Shown piece after piece: positions 29,074 to 39,709 of a DNA stretch of 64,000 bases. Under the pieces are notes generated by a model that had not been told where the DNA came from, ran no database searches, and saw only the letters and a list, made by a program, of their open reading frames with translations. Made by a program: the position numbers and the translations under genes. The stretch's first letter is position 1. Each line of letters starts with the position of its first letter. Origin of the DNA: Clostridia bacterium (lineage in GTDB: Bacteria; Bacillota; Clostridia; Christensenellales; CAG-917). The stretch is taken from assembly GCA_017461985.1 (NCBI GenBank), contig JAFTSA010000007.1:2250-66249 (forward strand), given 5' to 3'.

Positions 29074-29970
29074 ATGCACGATCTTTTAATTCTTGGCGCA
29101 GGCCCTGCAGGGCTCACCGCAGGCATTTACGGCGCACGTGGTGGACTTGACACAGTCATCGTTGAAAGAAAATCCTTTGGCGGTCAAGCCGCAATCACTC
29201 CCGAGGTGGAAAACTATCCCGGTGTACAACACACAGACGGTTTCTCCCTCACCTTCACTATGGAGCAACAAGCCCGCTCCTTTGGTGTGGATTTCGTCTA
29301 TGACGAAGTGGAAAGCGTGTCCCTTGACGGAGAAGTAAAGTCGGTGACCACAAAAAATAACGGTGTCATTGAGGCAAAATCAGTCATCATTGCCTGTGGC
29401 GCAGAGGCAAAAAAACTGGGTGTTGAAGGTGAAACATCCCTCATCGGCAAAGGAATCAGTTATTGCGCAACCTGTGACGGCAGATTTTTCAAAGGTAGAC
29501 CTGTTGCCGTTGTTGGCGGCGGAAATACCGCAGTCGAAGACGCGCTCTACCTCTCCGCTTTTGCAAGTGAAGTCTATCTCATCCACAGACGGGACCAACT
29601 TCGTGCAAGCGCAGTGCTTGCTGACAAGGTGAAAAACTCATCAGTCAATATCCTGTGGGATAGTGTTGTTGAAAGTTTGGAGGGTGACCCTCTTGAAAAA
29701 ATCAACGTGAAAAACGTGAAAACTGGTGAAACGAAAGCCCTTGACGTGGCTTGTGTGTTTGTGGCAGTAGGTCAAACCCCTGCTTCAGCTATGTTCATTG
29801 ACAAAGTTGCCCACGAAAACGGCTATATCTTAGCAGATGAAAATATGGCAACCTCAGTTGCAGGCGTTTTTGTGGCAGGTGACATACGCAAGACACCTCT
29901 CAGACAAATCGTCACCGCCTGTGCAGACGGCGCAATCGCCGCAGAAAGCGCAATCAAGTATTTGACGTAA
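29074..29970 (+). CDS. trxB: Thioredoxin-disulfide reductase
   Basis: GAGPAG, CATCD, GGGNTA; start MHDLL after GAGGTG. Confidence 0.93.
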   Translation: MHDLLILGAGPAGLTAGIYGARGGLDTVIVERKSFGGQAAITPEVENYPGVQHTDGFSLTFTMEQQARSFGVDFVYDEVESVSLDGEVKSVTTKNNGVIEAKSVIIACGAEAKKLGVEGETSLIGKGISYCATCDGRFFKGRPVAVVGGGNTAVEDALYLSAFASEVYLIHRRDQLRASAVLADKVKNSSVNILWDSVVESLEGDPLEKINVKNVKTGETKALDVACVFVAVGQTPASAMFIDKVAHENGYILADENMATSVAGVFVAGDIRKTPLRQIVTACADGAIAAESAIKYLT

Positions 29971-30026
29971 AGGAAAAGTTAAATTTCACACAAAACAAAA
30001 AAAACGGCGATGAGCCGTTTTTTTGA

Positions 30027-30126
30027 TAAAAAGGAAAAGAGCGCTGGGAATACTACTTCCAGTGCTCTCTTCTTATGATAAGGGGGAAAATTATGAGCTG
30101 TTTTGAAGCAATCATTTCCTGATTGC
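30027..30126 (-). ncRNA. Candidate small regulatory RNA
   Basis: TTGACA-17 nt-TAATAT promoter with extended -10 TG (30161-30133), 5' hairpin, single-stranded CU-rich UUUUCCCCCUU, 3' terminator. Confidence 0.6.
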
Positions 30127-30262
30127 AAACACATATTAGCACCGACTTAAAATGCTGTCAAGAGTTTTTGTGAACTTTTTTCATATTTTTTTAAAAATTT
30201 TTCAAAAAAGTCAACAAATCTTGGTTTTTTGACAAAGAAAAAAGTCGGTTTTTGTAGGTTTT

Positions 30263-31522
30263 TCAAAGCAAATTTTCTTTTATGATTTTCGCGTAATCTA
30301 CCCCCTCTAAATATTCTTCAACCGATATTCTAACAAGGTTTTCTGTGCCACTTGGACGGACAATTAGCCGTCCTTTTTCACCAATTTTTAGGATGGTTTT
30401 TGCTAGTTTTTCTTGGAAGTTTTGGCTCATATAGTAAAGTCGTGGATTTTCCACTTCTAACCCAAAATTTTCTGTTTTGTATTCTTTCGCTTTTTTCACG
30501 GTTTTTGCCATAAAAACCTCCAAAAACGCCAAAAGTGACACCAACCCATCCCCAGTAGATGCTCGGTCTAGAAGAATTAGATGACCGCTTTTTTCACCAC
30601 CCAACAGGCAATTTTGCCTCTTCATAAGGTCAAAAACGTGTTTATCCCCCACGTCTGCTCGGTGAAAAGGTATGTTTTTCAGTTGAAATTCCCTTTCAAT
30701 TCCACTGCCTGTCATGATTGTGCCAACCACTCCACCAATATCTTTTCCGCTTGCCTTATAGTGCAATGCAATATTGTATAGCATTTGGTCGCCGTCATAG
30801 ACTTCTCCGTCCAAAACCGACAACACCCTATCACCATCTCCGTCAAAGGCAAAACCTATGCTGTCACGAGGGATTTTCTTTGCAAAGTCCTCAATGTGCA
30901 CTGCTCCGCACCCTACGTTGACCTTTGTGCCGTCAATGTCGTTGTTCAGTGCCACCACGTCTGCACCGAGGGTTTCAAGGACGTCCTTTGCTAGATATGA
31001 AAAACAGCCGTGAGCAGTGTCTATGTACACCTTTTTATTTAGGGCGGTCAGATCTAGGTGTTGAAAAATTGCAATGATATGCCTTTTGTACTCCCTTCCT
31101 GCACCAGACAATATCTCAACTTGCCCACTTCCGCTTGGATATGAAGGGTTGTTGATTTCATCGTCTAACGCCTTGTCGAGGGCAACTTCTTCGGCCTCGT
31201 CCAACTTTTCCGCGCCCATAACTTTCAGTCCGTTATATTCGGGCGGATTGTGAGAGGCGGTTATCATAATCCCTTTCGCCCCTTTTACTTTTGCTGTATG
31301 AGCAAGGGCAGGTGTTGGAATCACCCCTGCAAGCCCCACCTTTGCACCTGCCGACAAAAGCCCTTTTGTCAGTTCCTTTTCTATATCTATTGACGATGGC
31401 CGTGTGTCACGACCTACAACAACAAAGCGGTTGTTTCTTCCCACAACCACACCCAGCGCGTATGAAAGCGCCAACACCTTTTCACTCTTCCCACGTATTC
31501 CGTCTGTGCCAAAATATTTCAT
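30263..31522 (-). CDS. glmM: Phosphoglucosamine mutase
   Basis: YFGTDGIRG, TASHNP, FDGDGDR, RPSGTE. Confidence 0.85.
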   Translation of the reverse strand: MKYFGTDGIRGKSEKVLALSYALGVVVGRNNRFVVVGRDTRPSSIDIEKELTKGLLSAGAKVGLAGVIPTPALAHTAKVKGAKGIMITASHNPPEYNGLKVMGAEKLDEAEEVALDKALDDEINNPSYPSGSGQVEILSGAGREYKRHIIAIFQHLDLTALNKKVYIDTAHGCFSYLAKDVLETLGADVVALNNDIDGTKVNVGCGAVHIEDFAKKIPRDSIGFAFDGDGDRVLSVLDGEVYDGDQMLYNIALHYKASGKDIGGVVGTIMTGSGIEREFQLKNIPFHRADVGDKHVFDLMKRQNCLLGGEKSGHLILLDRASTGDGLVSLLAFLEVFMAKTVKKAKEYKTENFGLEVENPRLYYMSQNFQEKLAKTILKIGEKGRLIVRPSGTENLVRISVEEYLEGVDYAKIIKENLL

Positions 31523-31623
31523 ACGTCAATATATGTGATGAGGTGTGCCAAAGTGCAAACAAAATAAAAAGACAAGCAACACCGGTTGCTTGTCAAATTG
31601 CTTGTTTTCACAAAATCGAGGGT

Positions 31624-33471
31624 TTATCTGTTCATTTTTTGCAGATAAACTATGAGCACTGCAATATCAGCAGGTGAAACACCTGATATGCGTGAGGCTT
31701 GTCCCAAGTTCAACGGACGGATCTTATCAAGCTTTTGACGGGCCTCTATGCGTAGTGCTTTGATTGAAAAGTAGTCAATGTCTTCAGGGAGAAGTTTATC
31801 CTCAAGACGCTTTTGCTCACGGACAATGCCCTCTTCCTTTTCAAGGTATCCTGAGTATCTGCACTCAATGATGACGCTGTTCAACGCCTCGTCGTCAACC
31901 TCAAAGGGGATAAGGCTCTTGACGTCTTCAAGGACGGCGTTGGGGCGTTTCATCATATCTTCAAGGGTGGGTGTCTTTCTTGACAAAGGCTCACCCCATT
32001 TTGTCAAAATCTCTTCCGCCAATTCCTTTTGCACCGTCTTTTTGGACTCCTTGACTATCTCTGCCATTTGGGCTTTTTTGTCAAGAAGGGCCTTGTATCT
32101 TTCCTCGCTGACAAGGCCAAGTTCATAACCTATTTCGGTGAGGCGCATATCTGCGTTGTCTTGACGGAGTTTGATGCGGTGCTCTGCTCTTGCAGTCATC
32201 ATACGATAGGGCTCGTTGGTGCCCTTTGTCACAAGGTCGTCAATGAGCACACCAATATATGCTTCATCACGGCGCAAGATGAAGGGTGTCTTGCCTTCAA
32301 TCTTTCTCACCGCATTGACGCCTGCCATAAGGCCTTGCGCCCCTGCCTCTTCATAGCCACTGCTTCCGTTAACTTGACCTGCGGCAAAAAGGTTTTCAAC
32401 CGCTTTTGTTTCAAGGGAGGGTTTCAGCGCAAGAGGATCAATACAATCGTACTCGATTGCGTAAGCATACTTTGCAAAACGGCAGTTTTCAAGGCCGGGG
32501 AGAGTGCGATACATCTTTTCCTGCACGTCGTGAGGGAGAGATGAAGACATACCTTGCACGTACATTTCGTCACTGTGGAGTCCTTCAGGCTCAACGAAGA
32601 TTTGATGACGTGATTTATCCATGAAACGGACCACTTTGTCCTCAATGCTAGGGCAATATCTAGGGCCGACACCGCTTATACTGCCATTATAGAGAGGACT
32701 GCGGTGTATGTTGTCCAAAATTATTTTGTGGGTTTCCTCGTTGGTATAGGTAAGATAACAAGGCTCCTCCTCAAAAGTGGACGCTTTGGACATAAATGAG
32801 AATCTGTCCGCATGCTCACCCAGTTGGATTTCCATCTTTGAAAAGTCTATGCTGTCACGATAGATTCTTGCAGGAGTGCCTGTCTTGAATCTGCGGATAG
32901 GAAGACCAAGTGCAATAAGGTTGTCGGTGAGACCATTTGCAGGTGCATAGCCACTAGGTCCGCTTGACAAGACGTAGTCACCTGTGATGATGCGTCCGTT
33001 GAGATAGACTCCTGCCGCAAGGACCACTGCCCCCGCATAGGCCACGTAGCCGTCACTAAAACGCACGCCCTTTGCCTTGCCCTCTTCAACTATGACCTCA
33101 ACTGCCTCCTTTTCAACAAGAGTGATATTCTCCTTTGAGCGGAGTTTTTCAAGCATAATTTCGTGATAGTGGTTTTTGTCCTGTTGTCCACGAAGTGAAA
33201 ACACTGCAGGGCCTTTTGCTCTGTTGAGCATTTTGATTTGGACAAGAGATTGGTCTGCAGTCAAACCCATCTCACCACCGAGAGCGTCAATCTCTCTCAC
33301 AAGATGACCTTTTGCCGTGCCACCGATTGCAGGGTTGCAAGCCATATACGCAACCGTGCCAAAATCCGTACAAGAAAGAAGGACTTGTTTGCCAAGTCTT
33401 TGGACGGCAAAAGCCGATTCCACACCGGCGTGGCCGGCTCCTATCACGATGACGTCAAAAGTGTTTTTCAT
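31624..33471 (-). CDS. mnmG: tRNA uridine 5-carboxymethylaminomethyl modification enzyme
   Basis: GAGHAG, CNPAIGG, GPRYCPSIEDK. Confidence 0.97.
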   Translation of the reverse strand: MKNTFDVIVIGAGHAGVESAFAVQRLGKQVLLSCTDFGTVAYMACNPAIGGTAKGHLVREIDALGGEMGLTADQSLVQIKMLNRAKGPAVFSLRGQQDKNHYHEIMLEKLRSKENITLVEKEAVEVIVEEGKAKGVRFSDGYVAYAGAVVLAAGVYLNGRIITGDYVLSSGPSGYAPANGLTDNLIALGLPIRRFKTGTPARIYRDSIDFSKMEIQLGEHADRFSFMSKASTFEEEPCYLTYTNEETHKIILDNIHRSPLYNGSISGVGPRYCPSIEDKVVRFMDKSRHQIFVEPEGLHSDEMYVQGMSSSLPHDVQEKMYRTLPGLENCRFAKYAYAIEYDCIDPLALKPSLETKAVENLFAAGQVNGSSGYEEAGAQGLMAGVNAVRKIEGKTPFILRRDEAYIGVLIDDLVTKGTNEPYRMMTARAEHRIKLRQDNADMRLTEIGYELGLVSEERYKALLDKKAQMAEIVKESKKTVQKELAEEILTKWGEPLSRKTPTLEDMMKRPNAVLEDVKSLIPFEVDDEALNSVIIECRYSGYLEKEEGIVREQKRLEDKLLPEDIDYFSIKALRIEARQKLDKIRPLNLGQASRISGVSPADIAVLIVYLQKMNR

Positions 33472-33486
33472 CTTGTTTCTTGTGTC

Positions 33487-33542
33487 TGTACGTTTTGGTG
33501 TATACGTTTTAGTTTATACGTTTTTGTTTATACGTTTTGGTT
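33487..33542. repeat. 14-bp tandem repeat x4
   Basis: T(A/G)TACGTTTTNGT(T/G) units. Confidence 0.75.
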
Positions 33543-33562
33543 TGTTGTGTCTTTAAAGCGGA

Positions 33563-34885
33563 CTATTTGCCGACACAGAATTTTGAGAATATGCTGTCCA
33601 CGATGTCCTCAGTTGCAGTTGCGCCCGTGATTTCACCGAGATAGTTGTATGCCTCTCTCAAGTCGATAAGCACACAGTCGATTGTGTCATTTTTGTGCAG
33701 AATTGCGTGTTCAATGGACGAAATCGCACTTTTAAGTGCCGATACGTGTCTTTGTGAGGTGATGAGGTCGCTGTCATAAGCACCCTCTTCATAGACTGAT
33801 GCAATGGCTGAAGCAAGGCGGTCAACGCCTATGCCTTTCATTGCGGACACCTCAAACACGTTGTCTCCTTCGGTCTTCGCACTGAAGCCGTCCTTGTCAC
33901 ATTTGTTGTAGACGTAGATGACTTTGCCACTGGTGACAATGTCCTCAGGGGTTGTATCCTTTGTGCCGTCAAGGACGTAAACAACCACATCTGCGCCCTC
34001 TATGGCTTTCAGTGCTCTTTCAACGCCAATGCTTTCAACAAGGTCATCACTGTCGCGAAGGCCTGCCGTGTCAGTCAGGTTGAGCATAACTCCACCCACC
34101 TCTGCGCGGGCGGTGACAGTGTCACGAGTTGTGCCTGCCACGTCTGTGACTATGGCTCTATTTTCACCAACGAGAGCGTTGAGCAATGATGACTTGCCCA
34201 CGTTGGGTTCTCCTGCGATTACAACGTCAACGCCGTGCTTTGCAATACGTCCCATATAAAATGATTGCGCAAGCGTGTGCACGCGCGCAAGCACCCTAGG
34301 AAGGGCGTTGTCAAGGGCGGGCATAATCTCGTCTTCCATTTCCTCGGGATAGTCCAGTGAGGCTTCAAGGGTGGCTAGGACGGTGAGAAGGTCATCCATA
34401 ATCTCGTTGATTTTTGATGCCACTCCTCCTTGCATCATACGATATGCGGCGCGGATTCCTGCACTGCTTTCTGCGTGAATCATATCCGCCACACCCTCTG
34501 CATCTGAAAGTGACATTCTGCCGTTGAGATAGGCGCGTTTTGTAAACTCACCAGCTTCTGCAGGCACTGCACCCTTTGTGGTTATGGTGCTGACCGCCCC
34601 TTGCATAATGCGGACACCGCCGTGCAGATAAAACTCCACTGTGTCCTCTCCTGTAAAGGAGTTGTTTGCAGGGAAAAACACGGCGTATCCTTTGTCGGTG
34701 AAACCGTCACCTTGGAACGTGCCGAAAGTCATTTTCAGGGGGTTTTCTTTGAGAATTTCGCCAACTCCTTGACCTTTCTTAAAGAAAACAGCATCGGCTA
34801 TTTTCCTTGCGTCCTGTCCAGAGACACGCACGATGCCGATGCCGCCAGCCCCTATGGGCGTTGAAATTGCAACTATTGTTTTCAT
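33563..34885 (-). CDS. mnmE: tRNA modification GTPase
   Basis: GEPNVGKSS, GTTRD, DTAG, FCVGK. Confidence 0.97.
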   Translation of the reverse strand: MKTIVAISTPIGAGGIGIVRVSGQDARKIADAVFFKKGQGVGEILKENPLKMTFGTFQGDGFTDKGYAVFFPANNSFTGEDTVEFYLHGGVRIMQGAVSTITTKGAVPAEAGEFTKRAYLNGRMSLSDAEGVADMIHAESSAGIRAAYRMMQGGVASKINEIMDDLLTVLATLEASLDYPEEMEDEIMPALDNALPRVLARVHTLAQSFYMGRIAKHGVDVVIAGEPNVGKSSLLNALVGENRAIVTDVAGTTRDTVTARAEVGGVMLNLTDTAGLRDSDDLVESIGVERALKAIEGADVVVYVLDGTKDTTPEDIVTSGKVIYVYNKCDKDGFSAKTEGDNVFEVSAMKGIGVDRLASAIASVYEEGAYDSDLITSQRHVSALKSAISSIEHAILHKNDTIDCVLIDLREAYNYLGEITGATATEDIVDSIFSKFCVGK

Positions 34886-35736
34886 TATCTCTTCTTTCCG
34901 CCGAAGCTCTTAAACTTGGGAGGACCAGTCTTTACGACTGCGGGTTTGACGAAGTCGTCGTCATCTGAAAGAAGTGAATAGACCTTTCCGTCAGGAATAT
35001 CGTCATAGTTTCTTTCAGCCTTTTGAGGACGAGGCTTGTCTGCCTTTTTTGCTCCGTCTTTTCTTCCGTGGTCGCGATCACGATTGTCCTTACGGTCACG
35101 ACGATTGTTGTTTCTTCTTCCGCCCTTCAATTCAACACCCTTGGGGACGATGACAACGTGGCGGTTGCTTTCTTCACCTTCACTGACGGTGGATGCGATC
35201 TCGCTGTCTGCAAGTGCACTGTGGATCACACGTCTTTCAAAGGGATTCATGGGTTCAAGTTCTATTTTTCTTGCTGTACGGTGTGCTTTTTCTGCAAGAC
35301 GGAGAGCGAGAGCGGTGAGGGTTTCACGGCGTTTTTCGCGGTAGTTTTCACTGTCAACCACCACTTTTTTGAATTCGCTCTTTTCTTGATTGAGATAGGT
35401 GAGCACAAGATATTGAATTGCATCAAGGGCTTCTCCACGGTAGCCGATTGCCGTTCCGCTGTCTTCGCCGGTGATTTCAATATTCAACGTGCCGTTGTCG
35501 TCAGTGACTGTTGCACGTGACGAGAGCCCCATCTTGTCAAGGATTCCGTTTACGAAGTCTTGGACTTTGGTGAGGGCTGTTTCAATGACAGTCACCTTCA
35601 CGTGAGCCTTTGAAAAAAGTCCGCCTTTTGCAAGGACTTCAACCTCAACTCTGTCACGGGCAACGCCAAGTTGTTCAAGGGCGTTTGCCACGGCAAGGTC
35701 GATTGTTGAAGCTTTGACTTCTACAAATTTGTTCAT
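34885..35736 (-). CDS. jag: Jag/EloR RNA-binding protein
   Basis: KH (IGYRGEALDAIQ) and R3H (ERRVIH) motifs. Confidence 0.92.
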   Translation of the reverse strand: MNKFVEVKASTIDLAVANALEQLGVARDRVEVEVLAKGGLFSKAHVKVTVIETALTKVQDFVNGILDKMGLSSRATVTDDNGTLNIEITGEDSGTAIGYRGEALDAIQYLVLTYLNQEKSEFKKVVVDSENYREKRRETLTALALRLAEKAHRTARKIELEPMNPFERRVIHSALADSEIASTVSEGEESNRHVVIVPKGVELKGGRRNNNRRDRKDNRDRDHGRKDGAKKADKPRPQKAERNYDDIPDGKVYSLLSDDDDFVKPAVVKTGPPKFKSFGGKKR

Positions 35737-35754
35737 AAATACTCCTATTTTACG

Positions 35755-36999
35755 TTAACGAGCCTTTTTTGCAACGGGATTTTGGGCTTTTTTCTTGTCC
35801 ACGATCTTGAAGACCAAGTTGAATGCAAGTTGGAACACTGTTGACGTAAGTGAACTGACCAGCATATAAAGTGCAAATGCAGATGAATACATAAGTGCGA
35901 ACACTGCAGTGATGACAGGCATCATATATTGCATCATCTTCATGCTTGCTTGTGTTTGGTCGGGCTTCTTTTCCTTGCCGTTTGCTTGTTGTTGTGCAGG
36001 TGCGGGTGCGCCCAAATTCTTCAACTTTTCAATTCTTTGTTTGAAGGTCTTCTTTTCCTTCTTTTCACCAATGCCTTGTGCTGCACTCATCAGTTTTTGT
36101 GAAATTACACTGAGAGCCAGTGACAAAATGGGCAGGATAAGGAAGCCGTTCCACTTGCCTTCTTTTGCCCAACCGCCTGTGCCAAGGACCTTGCCCATGA
36201 CGTCTTCATATTCGTCTGCTTGAACGCCGGTGATTCTTGAAGTGACCATACCTTGTTGACCGGTGACTGTGAGATAGTCGGGGACTGCCTTTTGCCAGCC
36301 ATCGGGGACAAAGATGTTCTTGATCCAAAGGAAACTTCTGCTTTCCACTTGTGCATCGTCATAATAGAATTCATACACAGCGGTTTGTGCTTTGTCCTTT
36401 GCTGCGGCAAAGAGTTCCGCATTTGCTTCATTTTCCCAGTCCTCACCAAGTTCTGCTGTCATTGTTTGGTCATAGACGTTGTAGCAATCTTGATAGTCGT
36501 TGGCGTATTTCCAACCGACCATTTCTCTAAATCCTGCAAAGATGACAAAGAACACAACCAAGGTGACGATTGTGGGAAGACATGCGCCGAAGGTTGAATA
36601 TTTCTCTCTCTTGTAGAGAGCCATTTGTTCTTGTTGGAACTTTTGCTTGTCATCACCGTATTTTGCCTGCAAGATTTCAAGTTGAGGCTTCATACGTTCC
36701 ATTGCTTTGGCATTTTTGCGAGTGATCATCTTTTGCCAAATGTCAAGGGGTGAAAGGATAAGTTTGAGTATGACTGTAAATGCCACGACAGTCCAACCGA
36801 TGTTGCCAATGCCTTCATACAAAATGTTGATGAATTTTGCGATGAAGTGGTTGACTTCAAGGGTTGCGCCCTTGTCGGACACGTCATACACGCCTGCGTC
36901 TTTGTTGCATGCGCTAAGGACAATACAACATACGCCGATGAGCAATGCAACGGCGTAAATGAGCATTCTTCTCTTGCGTGCGTAATCTAAACGAGCCAT
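35755..36999 (-). CDS. yidC: Membrane protein insertase YidC/Oxa1
   Basis: KPQLE.LQAKY, ACLP, conserved operon position. Confidence 0.9.
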   Translation of the reverse strand: MARLDYARKRRMLIYAVALLIGVCCIVLSACNKDAGVYDVSDKGATLEVNHFIAKFINILYEGIGNIGWTVVAFTVILKLILSPLDIWQKMITRKNAKAMERMKPQLEILQAKYGDDKQKFQQEQMALYKREKYSTFGACLPTIVTLVVFFVIFAGFREMVGWKYANDYQDCYNVYDQTMTAELGEDWENEANAELFAAAKDKAQTAVYEFYYDDAQVESRSFLWIKNIFVPDGWQKAVPDYLTVTGQQGMVTSRITGVQADEYEDVMGKVLGTGGWAKEGKWNGFLILPILSLALSVISQKLMSAAQGIGEKKEKKTFKQRIEKLKNLGAPAPAQQQANGKEKKPDQTQASMKMMQYMMPVITAVFALMYSSAFALYMLVSSLTSTVFQLAFNLVFKIVDKKKAQNPVAKKAR

Positions 37000-37232
37000 T
37001 TTGCGTTTCCTCGATAATTTTCTTTGACAGGGTCAAAACCGCCCTTTGAAAAAGGATTGCAACGGAGTATGCGCCAAGAGCCCATCAATATTCCAACAAT
37101 GACGCCGTGTTTGCGTATGGCGTCAAATGCGTACATTGAGCAGGTGGGTGTATACTTGCAGTTGCGCCCAATATAGGGGCTGAGCATAGCCTTGTACCAA
37201 TGCAAGGCGGCATAACACATCTTTTTCAGCAT
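36987..37232 (-). CDS. yidD: Membrane protein insertion efficiency factor
   Basis: CKYTPTCS, RILRCNP. Confidence 0.93.
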   Translation of the reverse strand: MLKKMCYAALHWYKAMLSPYIGRNCKYTPTCSMYAFDAIRKHGVIVGILMGSWRILRCNPFSKGGFDPVKENYRGNAKWLV

Positions 37233-37561
37233 AGTCTGCCTGCCTTTTCGAAGATATGTTTCACGTCTTCACAGATGGCGTAGTAGTCAGCGTTTGCAGC
37301 CGATTCTCTTGCCACAATAACATAGGTATAGCCGGTGGCGATTTGAGGAAGGATACTGCCCACCCCTTCTCTTATCAGCCTTTTGACTCTGTTGCGGACG
37401 ACTGCTCCGCCCACCTTTTTGGAGACGGATATGCCGACCTTCATCCCGTTGCCACGAGATTTTACGTAGAGAAGCAGTAAGTGACGAGCAGAAGATTTCT
37501 CGCCTTTTTTGTAGACATAACTAAACGCCGATCTTCTTTTCAGTCGGTACTGCTTTTGCAT
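37226..37561 (-). CDS. rnpA: Ribonuclease P protein component
   Basis: SVSKKVGGAVVRNRVKR. Confidence 0.95.
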   Translation of the reverse strand: MQKQYRLKRRSAFSYVYKKGEKSSARHLLLLYVKSRGNGMKVGISVSKKVGGAVVRNRVKRLIREGVGSILPQIATGYTYVIVARESAANADYYAICEDVKHIFEKAGRLC

Positions 37562-37567
37562 TTTCTA

Positions 37568-37702
37568 TTATGCGCTGAGAACCTTTCTGCCTCTTGCGCG
37601 TCTGCGCTTCAAGACCTTTCTTCCGCTTGTGGACTTCATTCTTTCACGGAATCCGTGGACTTTGCTTCTTTGTCTTTTCTTGGGTTGGTAAGTTTGTTTC
37701 AT
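37568..37702 (-). CDS. rpmH: 50S ribosomal protein L34
   Basis: Hand translation [44 protein letters not shown]; GGAGG RBS. Confidence 0.96.
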   Translation of the reverse strand: MKQTYQPKKRQRSKVHGFRERMKSTSGRKVLKRRRARGRKVLSA

Positions 37703-37877
37703 TATTGTTGCCTCCGTTTAGGATAGTTATTTTCTATAAGTATATATAAAATATACGCTTGCCTATTATAAGCAAAAGTTGATTTTGTGTCAACTGATTT
37801 TTCATTTCGGCAAGGTGTTAAGGGGCATATTTTGGGTTTTTGCCCCTTTTTTCAGGTTGATTTCGGGGTTTTTGAGC

Positions 37878-39563
37878 CTACATAACCTCAGGTGCGTCAA
37901 TGCCCAGGAGGGCAAGACCTTCCTTTATGGTGCGACCGACCACGTCGGTGAGCATAAGACGTGCGTTTTTCACTGCCTCGTCGTCAACAACGATACGGTG
38001 TCCAATGTAGAAACGGTTGAACTTTTCTGCAAGGTCAACGATGTGTCTTGTGACAACGCAGGGTTCACGGAGTTTTGCCGCTTGTTTCACACTGTCGCCG
38101 AAAGTCAAAACACTCTTGACCACTTCATATCCTTCATCGTCAAGGATTGCTGAGAAGTCGACGTTGTTCAAGTCATAGTCACCGCCCTTTCTCAGTGCGC
38201 TCTTGCTACGGGCATAGGTGTATTGAACGTAAGGTGCTGTTTCGCCGTCAAAGTTGAGGACCTTGTCATAGGAGAAGACGATATCTTTTATGCGGTTGTT
38301 CCACAGTGCGCTGAACACAACTGCGCCAACACCAACGCTTTCTGCGGTCTTCTCTTTGTCTTCAAGATTAGGGTTCTTTTCCTCGATGATTGCTCTTGCT
38401 TTTTCAACAGCTTTGTCAAGGACTTCTTTGAGCCAAACCACTCTTCCTTGACGTGTTGACATTGAGCCATCTTCCATACTGACCATACCAAATGCGATGT
38501 GCTCCATATCGTCCTTTCCTGCAAAATCCATAAGTTCAAGCACCTTAAATACCTGTTTAAAGTGCAGATTCTGCTGATAAGCCACCACGTAGAGGCACTT
38601 TGAGAAGTCGTAAGTTTTCTTGCGATAATAGGCTGCTGCGATGTCACGTGTTGCATACAGTGATGCGCCGTCTGCCTTCACAAGAAGACAAGGGGGCATG
38701 CCATATTCATCAAGGTTGACCACCTTTGCGCCCTCACTGATTTCAAGGAGTCCCTTTGACTCCATTTCGTCAAGACAGGGTTGCATTTTGTCGTTGTAGA
38801 AGGACTCGCCGTTGTATGAATCAAAGGTGATTTTGAGGCGGTCGTATATCTTTGAAACTGCTCGCATCGTCACGTCTTTGAAGGTGTCAAAATAGGCATT
38901 TGCCTCACTGTCACCGTCCTCAATACGCTTAAACCAAGCACGTGCTTCATCGTCAAGTGCGGGGTTATTTTCGCTTTCTTGATGGTATCTTACATAGAGC
39001 GAGTTGAGGAAATATTCATCGTTTTTTGCGATTTCTTCAAGAGACGACCACTTGCGTGTTGCCACGATAAGTTTGCCAAATTGTGTGCCCCAGTCACCAA
39101 GGTGATTGATGCCTACAACGTTGTAGCCAAGGTGTTTGAAGATACGATAAAGTGCGCCACCAATGACTGTTGTTGAAAGGTGACCAATGTGGAATGGTTT
39201 TGCAATGTTGACTGAGCTGTAGTCAAGACAAATTGTCTTGCCGTTGCCCTCGTCACTTCCGCCGATATTTTCATTGCCGAGGGCGGAGATGAGAGTTTTT
39301 GCAATTGCTTCACGGTTGAGATACACGTTGAGGTATCCGCCAACCACTTGATATTTTTCAACAAAGTCAACGCCGTCAAGGGCGGTTGCCAATTCGTTTG
39401 CGATTTGAGAAGGTGCTTTTCTCAACACCTTTGAAAATTTAAAGCAGGGCAAACATACGTCACCCAATTTGTTGTCTTTGGGCACTTCAAATGCGTTCAA
39501 AATGTCGTCTGCTGAGATTTGGTCTGTTGCCAGTGCTGATGCCAGTTGTTTGTCAAATAACAT
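37878..39563 (-). CDS. argS: Arginine--tRNA ligase
   Basis: HIGH motif, GDWGTQFG, MSTR. Confidence 0.96.
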   Translation of the reverse strand: MLFDKQLASALATDQISADDILNAFEVPKDNKLGDVCLPCFKFSKVLRKAPSQIANELATALDGVDFVEKYQVVGGYLNVYLNREAIAKTLISALGNENIGGSDEGNGKTICLDYSSVNIAKPFHIGHLSTTVIGGALYRIFKHLGYNVVGINHLGDWGTQFGKLIVATRKWSSLEEIAKNDEYFLNSLYVRYHQESENNPALDDEARAWFKRIEDGDSEANAYFDTFKDVTMRAVSKIYDRLKITFDSYNGESFYNDKMQPCLDEMESKGLLEISEGAKVVNLDEYGMPPCLLVKADGASLYATRDIAAAYYRKKTYDFSKCLYVVAYQQNLHFKQVFKVLELMDFAGKDDMEHIAFGMVSMEDGSMSTRQGRVVWLKEVLDKAVEKARAIIEEKNPNLEDKEKTAESVGVGAVVFSALWNNRIKDIVFSYDKVLNFDGETAPYVQYTYARSKSALRKGGDYDLNNVDFSAILDDEGYEVVKSVLTFGDSVKQAAKLREPCVVTRHIVDLAEKFNRFYIGHRIVVDDEAVKNARLMLTDVVGRTIKEGLALLGIDAPEVM

Positions 39564-39709
39564 AGTTTCCTTTTACGGCGAAACCGTCGATTTTCTATTT
39601 TCAGTTTGGGTTTGTCTGTTTGTCAGTTTTGTGCCAATTCAACTTCTAGTTGAGGTTTTTTGGGTGTTTTCTCTTGTCCTACGGGCAAAATAGGTGGTTA
39701 GAACACCAA

